From assembly GCA_951406725.2 (NCBI GenBank), contig OX597814.1, forward strand, positions 155,000,001 through 155,064,000: a stretch of 64,000 nt of DNA. The letters run 5' to 3'. Position numbers and translations under genes: made by a program. Positions within the stretch are counted from its first letter, which is position 1, and the number at the start of each line of letters is the position of its first letter. Under the pieces are notes generated by a model. The model did no database searches. It had not been told where the DNA came from and worked only from the letters and a program-made list of their open reading frames with translations. Shown here one piece after another: positions 25,816 through 40,109 of the stretch. The stretch comes from Octopus vulgaris. Its lineage: Eukaryota.

Positions 25816-28532
25816 TTGAATTGCTTTCGCTACTTTAATGTCACAAAGCCAAACATTGTATGTCTGTCTTTCTCTCGTCATTATAACTTGTTCTCACGCT
25901 TCCAAAATCTACACTAAACAATAGTTAAGTTAGTTAACTTATTTAGTGCAATGAGCTTCAAAAGTCTAATCAATCAGATGGCGTCTCTGAGTAATTAACC
26001 TCAGTCAATTATTTCATATACTAAACAGTTGAATTCTTTATACCATGAACTGTGTAGCACCCTGGAGACTTCTCCTTGCTTAATTTCCCCCATGGGTATT
26101 AATCCACACAAATTCAATGCACACATACATAATACATACATATATACATACATACACACATACATGTATATAAGTGTGTGTATGTATGCATGTATGTATA
26201 TGTGTGTATGGCAACACTATATGTGAAAAAATCATGTCAATCAAATAATCAAATAATTATCCAGTATTAATTGATAGCAATAAATCAAGACAATAAATTA
26301 AAGCGAGTATTACATTTTTTAAGGCATTAACCAATAAATGAATGACAAAACGATAATCTTTACTTATTCAGGCAAAATGAAATTTGACAACTTAAATCTG
26401 ATTCTAATGATCCATTTCGATAAGTGTGAAATAATTTCTTTTAAATGACAAAAATTTCACATTCATAAATACATTCGCACATTCGTACGTTTGATACATT
26501 CATACATTCGTACGTTTGATACGTTCATACATTCGTAAATAGATATATTCGTACATTCATACATATATACCTGAATAAATATATTCATACGTAAATGCTT
26601 ACATGCACTGATATACTCAGGAAAATTAAGAATAAAAATAAAAACAAAATAAATAAAATAAAATTGTCGACAACATATACATATATACAGGCATACGCAA
26701 AAGCACATACTCTGTAACAATTTATTTCTAGTGTTACGAATGTGATTAACGTCTGTCTCCTTAAAAATCCAGAATTGAGTCAGTCATTATCTACCTCGTT
26801 ATGATCGTCTGCTTCACCCAATCATTCGTAAAACCAAAATCCTTTTTCTACAAAATTTCTCTCAAAGAAATGCGACGATATTTGTTAAGAAAATGATTCT
26901 TAAGTTTGGATATCTTCATCCATAGATGACAACAGGCATTTTTCACAATAATAAAAATACTACTTTGAAAAGTATGAAAATGAGCACATCCAAAATGTTT
27001 TTGCCGATGCAAGGTGGCTATTTCTTATGAAGTGCTTATTTTTGCAAAATTTCTAAAATTCTTAACGTTTTCAAATCCAGAAAGAGTAAACCGTCGTATC
27101 AGATGCTAGTCAACTTTGGTGCTTTTTTCTACGTTGTACCAATAAATCTGTCAAGACTAACAATTCACGAAAATGCACTGCTAGTACTAACATCACTTAC
27201 TCAGAAGAGCTGCGATCGTGAACCGATTGACAAACGAGTATCAATCGAATTGGCGTTTTGCCAGCTCTATATATTCGGTTCTATTTTGTCTGAAGGATCG
27301 CAGGTAAGGGGAAACTACCAATAAACTGAATTATCGGCTGCTTCGAAATAAATGTAAGTTCTATATAAATTGAGTATACTTTCTTTCATTGGTGGCCAAA
27401 ATTATGTGTGTATGTATGTATGTATGCATGTATCTTTGTATATATGTGCGTGCATGTTGATATTTTGTGGTTATCTTGAATTATGATAATAGAGATTTGA
27501 GCACCGATTTGAGAAAGAAACGATCAATACGAACAGACGACCGATACGAAAGAAATGACCGCTGATCTGTAATGCAGTTGGCAATGCTGTCGGTCCGTAA
27601 ATGACAAGTGGTTAGTGTTTTACCAGTGATTCTGTTGCCCTTTCTTATTTTAAATTGCTGCTTATTAAACCTAGCATGTTTTAATAGTTAATTAGATAGA
27701 ATTATCTAATACATTATTTGAAGACATATTACGAAATTACTCTTATTGTTCATGAGCTAAAGTTATAATTAAGCACTCACGTTAGCTATAACTGAACAAA
27801 TTAGAATCAATGTTACACCAACCATAACCACCCTACATCTTTATATATCATGGTTTCCAATGTGTCCTTTATTCGAAGCGACAGTATATAATTTGAAGAA
27901 GATTTAGCTGCTATTTCATGGAGAGCAAAAGGCCATGTTGATTCGTTCACAGAGTCGTTTATTACATCAGGGCCACACTACAAATGTCAGGATTTGAACG
28001 AAAAGTGTTGAACCAATGAGAAATCTCCTTATAGTCACTGAACTCATAAAAAAATCACTGGCTCTATCTCAGAAATAAAAAAGAGAAAAGACACAAGACT
28101 AGTCCATACAACCTAGTATCACATAGACAGCATCTAATAAACACTGAAGTAAAAATAGAAAAAAATCAACCAAATATCCCAAACTGATGAGAATAATTTT
28201 GCATGGGTCCATAGCGAAATCCTAATGAAATCCTCACTTTCCAACAACCTTCTATGGGACTCCAGAATTGCTGGACAAGCCGACATCAATAAGAATCACG
28301 GAAGCTAGAAGTGAAACACTTTACATTCCCGCATAAAAAGAAAAAAGAAAGGTTATGTATAGGTGTCTTGTACGCTGGAGTTCGATGCTAAAATTAACAT
28401 GAAGTGTAGACTTTTATGAACACACATGTTATGTCATCTCACATTTTGAGAGCAAGAAATAGTTACAAAATACATGATGCACAAAAGAAACTGCAAAGCT
28501 TTGCAACCCCGCAAGTTGCGACAATTTCCTTG

Positions 28533-28608
28533 GATGACATTCAGTAACTGCCTCAAATGCCGTTAAGATAGATGACATTCAGTAACTGCCTCAAATGCCG
28601 TTAAGATA
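28533..28608. repeat. 38 bp tandem duplication
   Basis: GATGACATTCAGTAACTGCCTCAAATGCCGTTAAGATA twice. Confidence 0.85.
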
Positions 28609-29329
28609 CTACCTCTCATTATGACATTATATTATTGCTTAAACAATGCCAAGCGTAAGAATATATTCTGTACATAGATGCTTATAAACAGGGAGTACTG
28701 GATAAAAGTTTGCATCAAATCTTTCACCAAATGCAAACATAACAAGGCTTCCTATAGTTGCTTGGTTCAAAAAGGATAATTATGTACCGTCACAGAAGTC
28801 AATTTCCTTGCAGATGTGAACATTTATTTCAAATTCAGTGAGAAGAAAAATATTTATGGAGAACTACTTCAAAGCCTTCTACTTCTGAACCTAGATTGTA
28901 AATTCACATTTATACTGATAGATGCATTCAGAAATGTGGGAATATTATTTTCGGACAAAGAAAATGAACAACTAATTGCAAATTAACTGGTCATTTTACT
29001 TTGTAAATGCAATATATAAGCTAAACAGTAAAAGTATGCCAGAATTTTCATCGGGTAACCTTTATCATTTTTGTTATTCAAATTCCATAAATGAAACTTT
29101 GCTTCGTGTTTAGAATCCTTTCTTAAAAGAGGGAGAATTAGAACTCAACACTCAAACAAGAGTATATTTGTTATTTATTAGTTGTAATGGTGCATGATTA
29201 ACTCACATGTCTCCCGTCCGGTTGTACACTTAGAATACGTTTACACTTTTTACCTGTCGTTTGATATTTACAATACATTTCTTTCATTTATTAAGTAACA
29301 GAACGCAACGCAGCCCGACTTAACAGTAA

Positions 29330-29393
<64 letters not shown>

Positions 29394-30438
29394 TATATAT
29401 GTACATATATATGTATATATATATATATGTGTATTATACATGTATATGTATATTGTATATATATATATGTATGTATATGTATATATATATAAATGTATGT
29501 ATATATATATAATCATATACAACTTCTGTTTTGTGTTCGTATGCACTCATGTGCATCCATCACACACAAACACACACACACACACATACTATATGTATGT
29601 AAATGTATGTGTGTGTGCGTGTATTTACATATGTATGTATAAGAGTAAGTTAAGTGCATTAAGTACTATTGCATCAGAGATAATGAAAGAAAGAGGGGAG
29701 CTAGAAAGGGAGAGAGAGAATGAGAGAATTAGTGAGAGAGATAGAGAGAGGGAAAGGGAGAGAATTCAATTCAGTTCAATTGTTGAATAAGTTTTAATGT
29801 GAATATGGGATGGGTATCTATGTTTGTGTGCGTGTAAAAAATAAATTTTTAAAATTATCCCGAGATACAACCGTGCTTGTTTTTGGGTGTATATGCGCAA
29901 ATATTTATAACAGCGACAGACAAAACTGTGTGATAGACTCACAATATTTTTTGCCGTGTTTTTGCTTTTGTTTTGTTTTAGCTAATTTTTATTTTCATTT
30001 CTATTATTATTATTATTTTGTTCTCTGCACATCCTTCGTTCGTTGTACTCATCACAAATCAAAACATACTTGACTTTATTTGCTCGAGTCGTAAATAGTA
30101 CTATAAATTTAATGATGAACTTTTCTCTTGTTTTCTTGTTGGTGCCAGTTTAGATTTTTCTTCCCGCCTTTGTAAATTAGTATAAACACAAAAACTTCCT
30201 CTTACATGTGTACATAGCTGGCACTGTTGCACTTCCGGTCCTAGTTCAGTTAGCACCTATCTAAATAGAACTATGTTCGTACAGAATACACTTTCTCCTA
30301 AACTGCACGTGTTTAGAATTACATTTTCTGCTGTTTTTATTATCGATGTTCTTGCTCTTGTTGTAGATCTTTTTACTTATTTTGTTTTATATTTTTGTAG
30401 GTAACTTGTCACAGTCGTTGTTGAATTTGAAATTGGTG

Positions 30439-30546
<108 letters not shown>

Positions 30547-30557
30547 TATATTCATAC

Positions 30558-30611
<54 letters not shown>

Positions 30612-30693
30612 ATTATATGTATATATTCATACGTTATATATATATATATATATTATATATATATATATATATTATATGTATATATTCATACGT

Positions 30694-30736
<43 letters not shown>

Positions 30737-33204
30737 GTGCTGCTACACATGATGATAATGAAATAAAGCATTATTGGAAGCGAAATTTATTTTTAAAATC
30801 TTCTCATTTTTATATTGTTCAATTGATGTCGCTGATCAATTTTTAGGAATCGGAATTGATAATTTCGAAACTTCTTCAACTATAACTGGCTGTTTGATCA
30901 GTCAAGAAACGTCATGTTTTTTTAATGGTTGTACAGTGTTATGAAAGAGCTGTGTTCATATTTCTAAAGTCGGTGGAATTCTTTTCCTGGTGGTGAAGTT
31001 AGAAAAAAAAAAAAGGAAGAAAGGCAGAAAGAGAGAGCGTAGTGAGAGAATGTTGGGTTGATTTAGTGCAGTTCGTATTTATCTTTGAATTCTTGTAAGT
31101 TCATTGTCGTGGGAGGGACGATTTCAGGTAGACAGCCTCCTGGGGAGGTTGTGTCAGAGAAAGAAAACGACTGGGCACGCTGTTTAGACGGGACGGTAGG
31201 GAGTCAGACACAGTGGAAGCGTCGCCAGATGGTTTAACCGGTGCAGCGAAATGGAATTGAAATGGAGCACCAGAGTTCATCAACAGCAGCAGCAGTAGCA
31301 GCATTAGTAATTGTTATAAGAAAGAGGTCACTTGTTAACACAATATTTTGTGGGCTTTGGGCTGGAGAAATTACAACTAAGTACATCGGCATCAATGCAG
31401 CTGGTCACTATAGCTTCATGTTAAATAAGTAAAAAGTGCCATCAAAAGTAAACAGAATAAAGTCAAATTTCACTCTATTTAGATACATCACTCTCTCAAT
31501 TGTGTACTTTTTTTTTCCTGCACCCTTGGATTTGTAAGGCAGGTTTATTTGGTTCCCATGATGTACAAGTGTACGAAATCACAGCAATTCTCCTTCAACG
31601 AGACGCCGGTTGTTGCAGGTTTCAAGGCCAACAATGTTTTGACGAAATGAAGGAAGTCGATTACATTGAGTCTATTATTTGAATGGTACTTTATATTATC
31701 GACCTCTTGGGGATGAAAGAAAAATTTTACCTTGGCGTGATTTGATCCCAAAACGTAAAAAGGCCGGAGAAAATGCTGCTAAGCAGTTTATCCGATGTGT
31801 TAACGATTCTACTAGCTCCCGCTTTATTGCATAAAAATTCAACAATTTGTTCTCTTAGCCTAAAAAGTTGATTTATATTCCTCGTGGCCAAGAAGTTCCT
31901 TTCTCAATCAAAGTGCGCAACATCATTGGCATATTTCTCCTACTGTACCCACGAGTTCACCCATTAATAGAAACTGTTGGTTATTTGCGGTATAGATTTA
32001 ATCCATCATTCGGTTTATCATTCCAATTTGGTCCTTTAATGCTGTCCCCACTGCTGCCTGCATTTGGATCTTAACGCCAGCTTGGGGATATCTAAATCAA
32101 CTCCGATCCCTTTCTCGTATTGTTTCGGACACTCTGTAAAAACGTCATACGCGCAGCTTTCTTCTCTGGTTATGTCATGAAGAAATACGGAGTTTAGATC
32201 TTTTGATATTTATTAGTTAATTCCACTTGGCAAAATATTTACAATAAAACTTTACTCTTGCTTTTGCTTGTCATATCTCAATAAATCCGACTGTATATCT
32301 AAGATACCGTTCTATTATCAAAACAGAGAGAACATCAAATAACATTTATTGACGTTTGAAAGAAGTCTGCTTGTTTCGCTTCTGAGGTAGTGTCACCAAG
32401 GTCACATCCAGTTAGAACAACCAGCTCTCCAGCGATAAGATTTTTCTCATACCGTTTCCTACGTCTCAATTAAATGATGCTGCCACCCCTCTTTTACACG
32501 AATAACCAAACAAAGCTACAAAAAAAAGAAGAGAAAAAGAAATGATAAGAGAACAAATGCATTTGTTCTGGAGAAACCAATATTGATGAAGTCTATAAAA
32601 TACATGCTCAGTAAACGTTGCTCATTTAGTATCTTTTATCTGGAAAGTGAAACTAGACCTCATGGATTCACACATCTAACTTGTAATGTCATTGTTTCAG
32701 TGGACAGGACACAAAGTACTTAATTAACTTGGTGCACATTTTATTTGGAGACTTAAAATCTTAAATGTTCTACCAACTACTAGAAAGATCTATCTCTGTA
32801 TTCTGAATACTGCGGGTATGTTATGTAGCTTCCCTTTTTTTGGTTCTGCAGTGAAAGTATGTGAGATCTCTTGCACAACGTCATTCGCGACAACAATTAG
32901 ATACTTTCCTAGTTTCACCATGTCATGTTAGGCAACTAAACCAGCAATAATTACCAAGCTATTGGGCAACTATACTTGGAAGGGAAGAACAAGAAGTTTT
33001 CGAATTTTTTTATTGTCTGTTATGTGCGGAACCATCGCCTTCGAATTATTTTGACCCAAAACGTTCGTCTGCATCCTAAGTTGTGTATTTTTATACATTA
33101 TTTTATCATGCAATTAGCGTTCCTGTCGTGGTCATCCTGTTTCTTTATTTTACATATTGCCAAACACATTCCAGTTATGACAATATGGTCATACACACAC
33201 ATAT

Positions 33205-33292
<88 letters not shown>

Positions 33293-33530
33293 ATATACAG
33301 ATACACACATAGATACATACAAACACACACATATTCTCGATCGGCATTTTTGGGATGATTATGGTCCATGTTAGTGTAAACGTTTTCATTCATGGGTGTT
33401 AACTACAGCATTGGAGCAGTTTAGCTCTTATTACTAGCAATATAAGCCTTTCCTAACACACTAGTCACATTTAGTGACATATTTAATTCTCCTTTTTGGA
33501 GAATTAAAAATGTCACTAATTTTATATATA

Positions 33531-33855
33531 GGCGCAGGGGTGGTTCCGGGTTCAGTCCCACTGCGTGGTACTTTGGATAATTCTCTTCTACTATGGCTTC
33601 GGGCCGACCAAAGACTTGTGAGTGGATTTGGTAGACGGAAACTGAAAGAAGCCCATTGTATATGAATATATATGTGTATGTGTGTATGGGTCCCAACCAC
33701 CGCTTGACAATCGATGCTGGTGTGTTTACGTCCGGTAACTTAGCGGCTCGGCAAAAAAAAACTGATAGAATAAGTACTAGGCTTACAAGGAATTTGGTCG
33801 ACTAAAAGCGGTGCTCCGGCATGGCCACAGTTAAATGACTGAAATAGGTAAAAGA
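33531..33855 (+). mobile_element. SINE family 1, internally deleted
   Basis: GGCGCAGG..GGTTCAGTCCCACTGCGTGG..GACTGAAA. Confidence 0.8.
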
Positions 33856-34399
33856 ATATATGTATGTATATATATATATATGTATACGAGCAAAAGCCCC
33901 CCCCCCCACGTCCAATGGACGGTGCTGAGTTGTCAAACATTTACACCAAATTTTCTCAAAACAACTTGTCCGACCGTCCCATAGGCCTCCCCCTTGAGAA
34001 ACACTGATTTAACCTAAATTTGAGACACCAGCAAAAGAAGAAATAAAGATAGACTCTTTTTCTATTCCAAAGAAAAACGATTTTATTCACAGAAATATGC
34101 AACCGAAGAGTTTAAAGTACCAGTAATGATAAGGTTGTTGACTGGGAGAACACAAACATGGTAAATCATTTATTAGCAAGAAAATAGTATTTTCTTCCTT
34201 GAATAAAAAGCAATCAGTGTTTTCTTTTCATTAAAAAATAATTAAGCATGCCTTTATCTCAATAAAATTGTTGGTTTTGTTAAACGAAGTTAAGGCAAAA
34301 AGAAACCCCAAAAAACTTCTTGAGAAACCAAATAATCTTTCCATCCGTCATGCCATGTTAAAGAAAATATCTCTTTTGCATCTTACTTTTTTGGTCTCT

Positions 34400-34695
34400 T
34401 AAATATACTGCATTTTGTGACATTATTTCAAGCCAACCGGCTTTTTTGCGCAAACTGCACGCGCATTTTCCTCGCGTACGCGTAGTATCGATCGCAACAG
34501 CTGATGTACTTGCGCGTACAAACGCACGTTCCCACGGCTTTACCGATCGCATTCTAACCTGGAATCGATTTTTAAAGACTTATGCACGCCCTGATACCGT
34601 CGTTATCTACATATCAAATTTGAGCGCAATCGGATGGAGGATGCACGAGATCAGAAGGCACACACACAGACAGACAGAACGGATTTTATATAATG
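34400..34695 (+). mobile_element. Possible Helentron-associated (HINE/DINE-like) end
   Basis: AAATTTGAGCGCAATCGG...(CA)n(CAGA)n..TTTTATATA architecture; family assignment is by resemblance only. Confidence 0.35.
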
Positions 34696-34711
34696 TATAT
34701 ATATATATATA

Positions 34712-35139
34712 CTCCTTTTACTCTTTCACTTGTTTCAGGATTTGACTGCGGCCACGTCGGAGCACGGCCTATTAGTGAAATAAATTGACCTTAGGATTTA
34801 TTTCTTTGTAAACCTAGTACTTATTCTATCGACCTCTTTTGCCGAACCGCTATGTTACGGGGACGTAAATAAACACATCAACATCGGTTGTCCAGCGATG
34901 GTAGGGGGAAAAACACAGACACATACACACACGCACACACACACATACACATACACACACGCACACAAATACATACGTCAGGCTTCTTTCAGTTTCCGTC
35001 TACCAAATCCACTCAGAAGGCTTTAGTCGGCCCGAAGCTATAGTTGAAGACACTTGCCCAAGGTTCCGTGCAGTGGACCGGAACCCGGAACCATGTGGTT
35101 GGGAAGCACGCTTCTTACCACATAGCCACTCGTGTGCCT
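34712..35139 (-). mobile_element. SINE family 1
   Basis: Reverse-complement copy. Confidence 0.8.
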
Positions 35140-36602
35140 ATGTATGTATATGTATGTGTGTGTGTGTGTGTGTTTGTGTGTGTGTGGGTGTATTTATACT
35201 GTCGCTTATGTCTATTTTTTAAGTGGTTGTGTAATTTGAGAAAGATTTAACTGCTATATCCAGCAGGGCGAACAACCACGTAGAAACTATTCGTTTTGAT
35301 TAAGCTGTTGTTAATTATCCTTATGCCAGCGATGACCGATCAGACGTATGATCAAAAATGTTTCGGTTCTGACCATCCTATCTTCTTTTATTCTTTCTTA
35401 TCGTCAGACATAACTTATTTGGGATCATATTGTTGAATATGTTCAGCTTCAGAAGAGTAGGATGTATTTTGAGGAGGATTTAGCCGACCATTCCTGGCCG
35501 GCTGAGCGACCACACAGGTGTCTCCTTGTATTAGAGTACTTAGAGATAGATTTGATTGTCAATTCTAGGCGGACCAGGTTTCTTGAGAGAATTCATAATT
35601 TACCTGTAATACATCGAAGGTCCAACGATGTTGATCAACGGTCATGTTACCATAGAATAATTACAATGCACACGATACATGGTAAGCATATTTTCTCTTA
35701 GTGAGCAATCAAATAGCGCTCAACGTATACTATCAATCGATTTCTCTGTCAGAATACTTTCATGTAAACCAGTCTGTCAATTTATTCCATCACACTTATA
35801 TCTTCTCTGGAAAATTGATATTTCTGGACAAATACACGATATATATATATATATGTGTGTGTGTATGTGAATGATAAATGACTCAGTATTCAGCGCTCTA
35901 GCTATATATCGAGATTACGTTGGACATAAAGATTATTTTGGGGTCATCTCAGTATTGTCTTAGAATTTAATTTACCGTGTGCAAACGAGCTTTGGGTATA
36001 ATTGTTGCCGTCACTTGCATTGTTGCTGCTGATGCTTTACAGTTGAAAGCCAATTCAACAAACCTATGATCAAAGGTATTCCAATCTTGAATATGTGGAT
36101 TTTGTTTTTAATACACAGTGTATCTAAGGTCGCATTATAATTTTGTTTTAGGAATATACGGGGAGAGTTGAGATAATTAAATTCGAATTCTATTTCTAGT
36201 AGGAAAGATGATCATGAAGAGGCTCCTATACTGGCTCTTTTTATTATGATATTGTTTAACCTTAGCTTATCTCTCATCAAGCATACTTATAATCAAAAGT
36301 GTTTCAACATTGGCCGTCCAATGTTTTACGAGTGCTACGAAATCCTTTTTCAAAGGCCTAGTCTTTAGATTGAGGTAGAGTGACTTTGAGGGATATCTAG
36401 CTAATATTTTCAGCACTGCGAAAGAGGCCCTGTTGTCATTACATTTGTTGTTTTATTAATTTCATGTTGTTACATTGCTCAAGATCAACACTGATCGGCT
36501 ATACTTATGATCAAATGCATTCTAACCATGACCATCCCGTCAGTGTTACTGTTTTCGATTGTGTTATTCTTGTTCATATTCTTCTTATGCAGTATATTAC
36601 TG

Positions 36603-37017
36603 CAGGGCTGGATTAAGACCCTTTTAACGGACCCTGAGCACTTAAAAGATTTTGGTGCCCCGATATACATGCAATTCAAAATATAAACAATAATAAACCA
36701 TAAAATAATTTTTTTTTCAAAATGAAGCAAAGTTAACAGTAAGATGGAAGATAATGTTTATTTTTGTATACTTCCACTTTATTTATATTCGAAAATTTTT
36801 CTCCTACATTTTTAATTGCAAAGTCTTTGATCCGATCCTCACTATATGACACCATAAACATTATTTTGAAATTATGTTTCCGATCATATCGAATATTATT
36901 TTAGTATGTTGAAAATTATTTCTCTTCTGCCGGAAAATATTTATCATTTCTGCAGTGCTCTCCTTCGCTTGATACCCTAAGCACGTGCTTATTTGCTTAA
37001 TGGGTATTTCAGTGCTG
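36603..37017. mobile_element. Decayed hAT-like MITE
   Basis: CAGGGCTGGATTA ... TATTTCAGTGCTG imperfect TIRs; no clear TSD. Confidence 0.35.
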
Positions 37018-37068
37018 ATTATTATTTATAACAATACTCTGTTATTTTTTACACTTTTGGTTAAGTTG

Positions 37069-37280
37069 ATGAACTGGCAGAATTTTTGGCTCGTCGGGCA
37101 AAATGCTTAGCGGCATTTCGTCCGTTTTTACGTTCTGAGTTCAAACTATAACGATGTCATCTTTGCCATTCATCATCTCAAGATCGATACCATAAGTACC
37201 AGTTAAGCAATGGGATCGATACAAACGACAAATCCCCTTCCCCAAAGTTTCGAGCCTTGTTCCTATAATTGAAAGAATTA
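37069..37280 (+). mobile_element. Diverged SINE family 2
   Basis: CTGGCAGAA..GGGCAAAATGCTTAGCGGCATTTCGTC..TTCTGAGTTCAAA. Confidence 0.7.
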
Positions 37281-38046
37281 TAATATACACCTTTGGTAAA
37301 GTAGTCTAGCTTTTATTATCGTAGTTATCTCCTCCTAGTACTATTTCCGTTTACATTCGTAATAATTTTGTTTGCTTTGTGAGCAAACGGCGAATTAAGT
37401 ACAAATAATCTCATCTAGACTGAAGATATTCTCAGAAAAAAAATAATAAGAGAGAAGCGTAATAAATATATAAAAGAAAATGTTACTTTTACTTACCGGA
37501 CAAGTTACAAGTCCACCACAAAAACAACAAAAATTTTGAAATAAATATTTTCCTCCAACGTTTGCAGAAAACTGCTCGGTACGTCTGACTAATTCTAGCC
37601 GCCATTGCGACGGCGAAATGATTATGAAAAATATCAATAATATCCGGCAAAAAATGAAATAAATAAATAATAAATAAAAATCCCCTACTTAACTAACCCC
37701 TATGTATTCATAGCTGTTTTGTACTTGCACCCCATCATCTTATCACCCTATGTCAAACTCCTTACACCCCCATCTCCTTTCCTACATTTCTGTACATCAA
37801 TGTTTTGTTTTCTCGCACGACACTTGTTTCTTTATTTGCCTAACTTTCGCTTAGATTCTGTTCTGTTATTATCGCTGTTAGTCTTGAATATAACTATAAC
37901 TAACTTCATCGTCAAGTTCATAATAATGAAACACATAGTCATCACCATAACCACTACCACAAGCATCATCACCGCCATCATCAACATCACCGTTGTCCTC
38001 GTCGTCGCTGTCGTTGTCATTGTCATCATCATCATCATCATCGTCG

Positions 38047-38080
<34 letters not shown>

Positions 38081-38467
38081 TATTATCATCATCATCTTCA
38101 CCCTTTCGCCCCTGCGATAACCACTGCTGTAACAACTGCCATCAACTTTATTATTAAGGGAGCCTTTATGAGATCATCCAACCGACTAGATATAATAACC
38201 GAATCTGCCTCGAATCACAATCTACAGCCTTAAATAATGGATACATTAAACAATGATCAATAAAAAGAAGGTTATAGCCATAGATGGAAGGCCTTTGATC
38301 ATAGATATCCTCAATACGGCTGTATAGGGCTAAATATTATCATCGTTATCATCATACGAGCTGGTAGAATTGTTACGACGTCGGGCAAATACCTTGCAGT
38401 ATTAATTCCCTCACTTTATGTTCTGGTCCAAATCCCATCGAAGAATCGTTTGCAACAGTAGCAATAA

Positions 38468-38529
<62 letters not shown>

Positions 38530-38881
38530 ATGATGGTGGTGGTGGAGGTGTAGGTGGTGATAGGAATAAATGCCTTCAGATAACAAGAAGCAAAACGGAA
38601 AATCAAAGATAACTGGAAAACATTAATAGAGTGGTTGCAACAATAATAGCAGGCCTCAAAAGAAAATCAATGGCGTGTTACTACTTCTGTTTCAGAACAC
38701 CGCTGGTTGCAGTCCCAAGAATGTTTAGAGCGAAAGCATAAAAGATTATTTCTTTCTTAATATCACGAGCAGAAACGGTAAATCATGTTTGATAAACCGA
38801 GGGTTCTTTCACACGCGTACACAAAAATCCATGATATTCGGAAGGGATCGACAAATTGTGATTGTTACATGTATCTATCTA

Positions 38882-38969
<88 letters not shown>

Positions 38970-38975
38970 TATATA

Positions 38976-39840
38976 GGAAAAAAGTTGAAAATGCACTGAT
39001 AATAGTTAGAATATTTTTTACTATTATATTTAAAGCTTTAACCGGTTTCACAGTTTACCCTGATTTTCAAAATGTTGAAATAGAAAGTCGTGGCTTACGT
39101 CACATTTGTCTTATTTCCGACTAGTGTTTGAAGCTTGCCCTATTTTTGTAGGGAGTTCATGGCTCAAATTAGTATATGTTTTGAATAGGATTTGATTGGA
39201 AGAGGATAGTTACATGACTGGCCTTAGAAATTTTTGTATGTTTTCCGCTACGTCCGTGTTTTAGTATCAACTGACAATGTTTAACGTCCTAAGTTAAGGC
39301 TGAAGCAGGCGACTGAACATGTTTCCTGGCAGTACCTTAACAATCAACGGTCTGAAAATTTTTTGTCAAGTGTTTCTAGAGAATGAACACGTTTAGAATC
39401 TTATGCACGTTTCCCGCTTCATCCGTGCGTTGGTAACACCTGAAAGTATATTTGTGCCCAAAATGAAGGCCGGCACGGTTGAGTGAACATGTTTTGTTAC
39501 AATCAATGCACTTCAAATTTAATCTGTCTGGTGGGAGAGTGGACAGGAGTCGTTTGTATGTAGTCCAGGGGCTAAAGTTTAGGCTATTAACTGTGTATGT
39601 TCCTCGTGTTATGTGGCAGAATAAGTTTTGTGTGTGAATAGTTATTTGTGTAGTTATCTATTAAAGTTTGTTGTCTTGGTTCATACTTTTTCATGAAAAT
39701 ATGGTCTTTGTTTATCTGTGGTATTCCCTGAACATAGGTAGTGTGGGTAGACCTATTTGTTGTCGGTGAATGGTCAGTCTATTTCTTAGAGTAAGCTTTG
39801 TTTGACCTATGTAATCATTGACATTTGATAGCGTATTTGA
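38976..39840 (-). mobile_element. 3' part of a Penelope-like element: GIY-YIG remnant, 3' region and decayed hammerhead
   Basis: Minus-strand KYAIKC [frameshift] DYIGQTKLTLRNRLTIHRQQI (about 39745-39838) and TLAPGL near 39560; hammerhead relic TTGAAAA-t-CAG..CTG-t-GAAA-CCG-GTT^AAAG at 39036-39074. Confidence 0.7.
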
Positions 39841-40109
39841 ATTCCTTGAAGAATATGTAAAGGAATCTTTTGCGGTAAAAAAAGATCACTATACATGGTG
39901 ATTTAAAATTTATAAGCTCAACTCCAGTAAACAGCTAAACACAATAAAATATACTATAATATAATACATAATTTAATTATTAAATATTTAATACATATAT
40001 ATTGTTTTCAAATTTTAGAGGAAAGTCAGAAGTTTTTGGGCAGGGGATGGGTGGATTCTGCCAGCTCACCGCATTATAATACAACATACATACATTCGAC
40101 TCTATTCCT

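Noticed and set aside
27280-27360. CAG|GTAAG and AT|GTAAGT splice-donor matches (also CAG|GTAAGT near 2661)
   Set aside because: No coding exon or clear acceptor; such matches are expected by chance in 64 kb.
28184-28225. CTGATGA...GAAA
   Set aside because: No supporting stems; compatible with chance.
37719-38135. Poly-Ile, poly-Met and poly-Asp ORFs
   Set aside because: Translations of a (CAT)n microsatellite.
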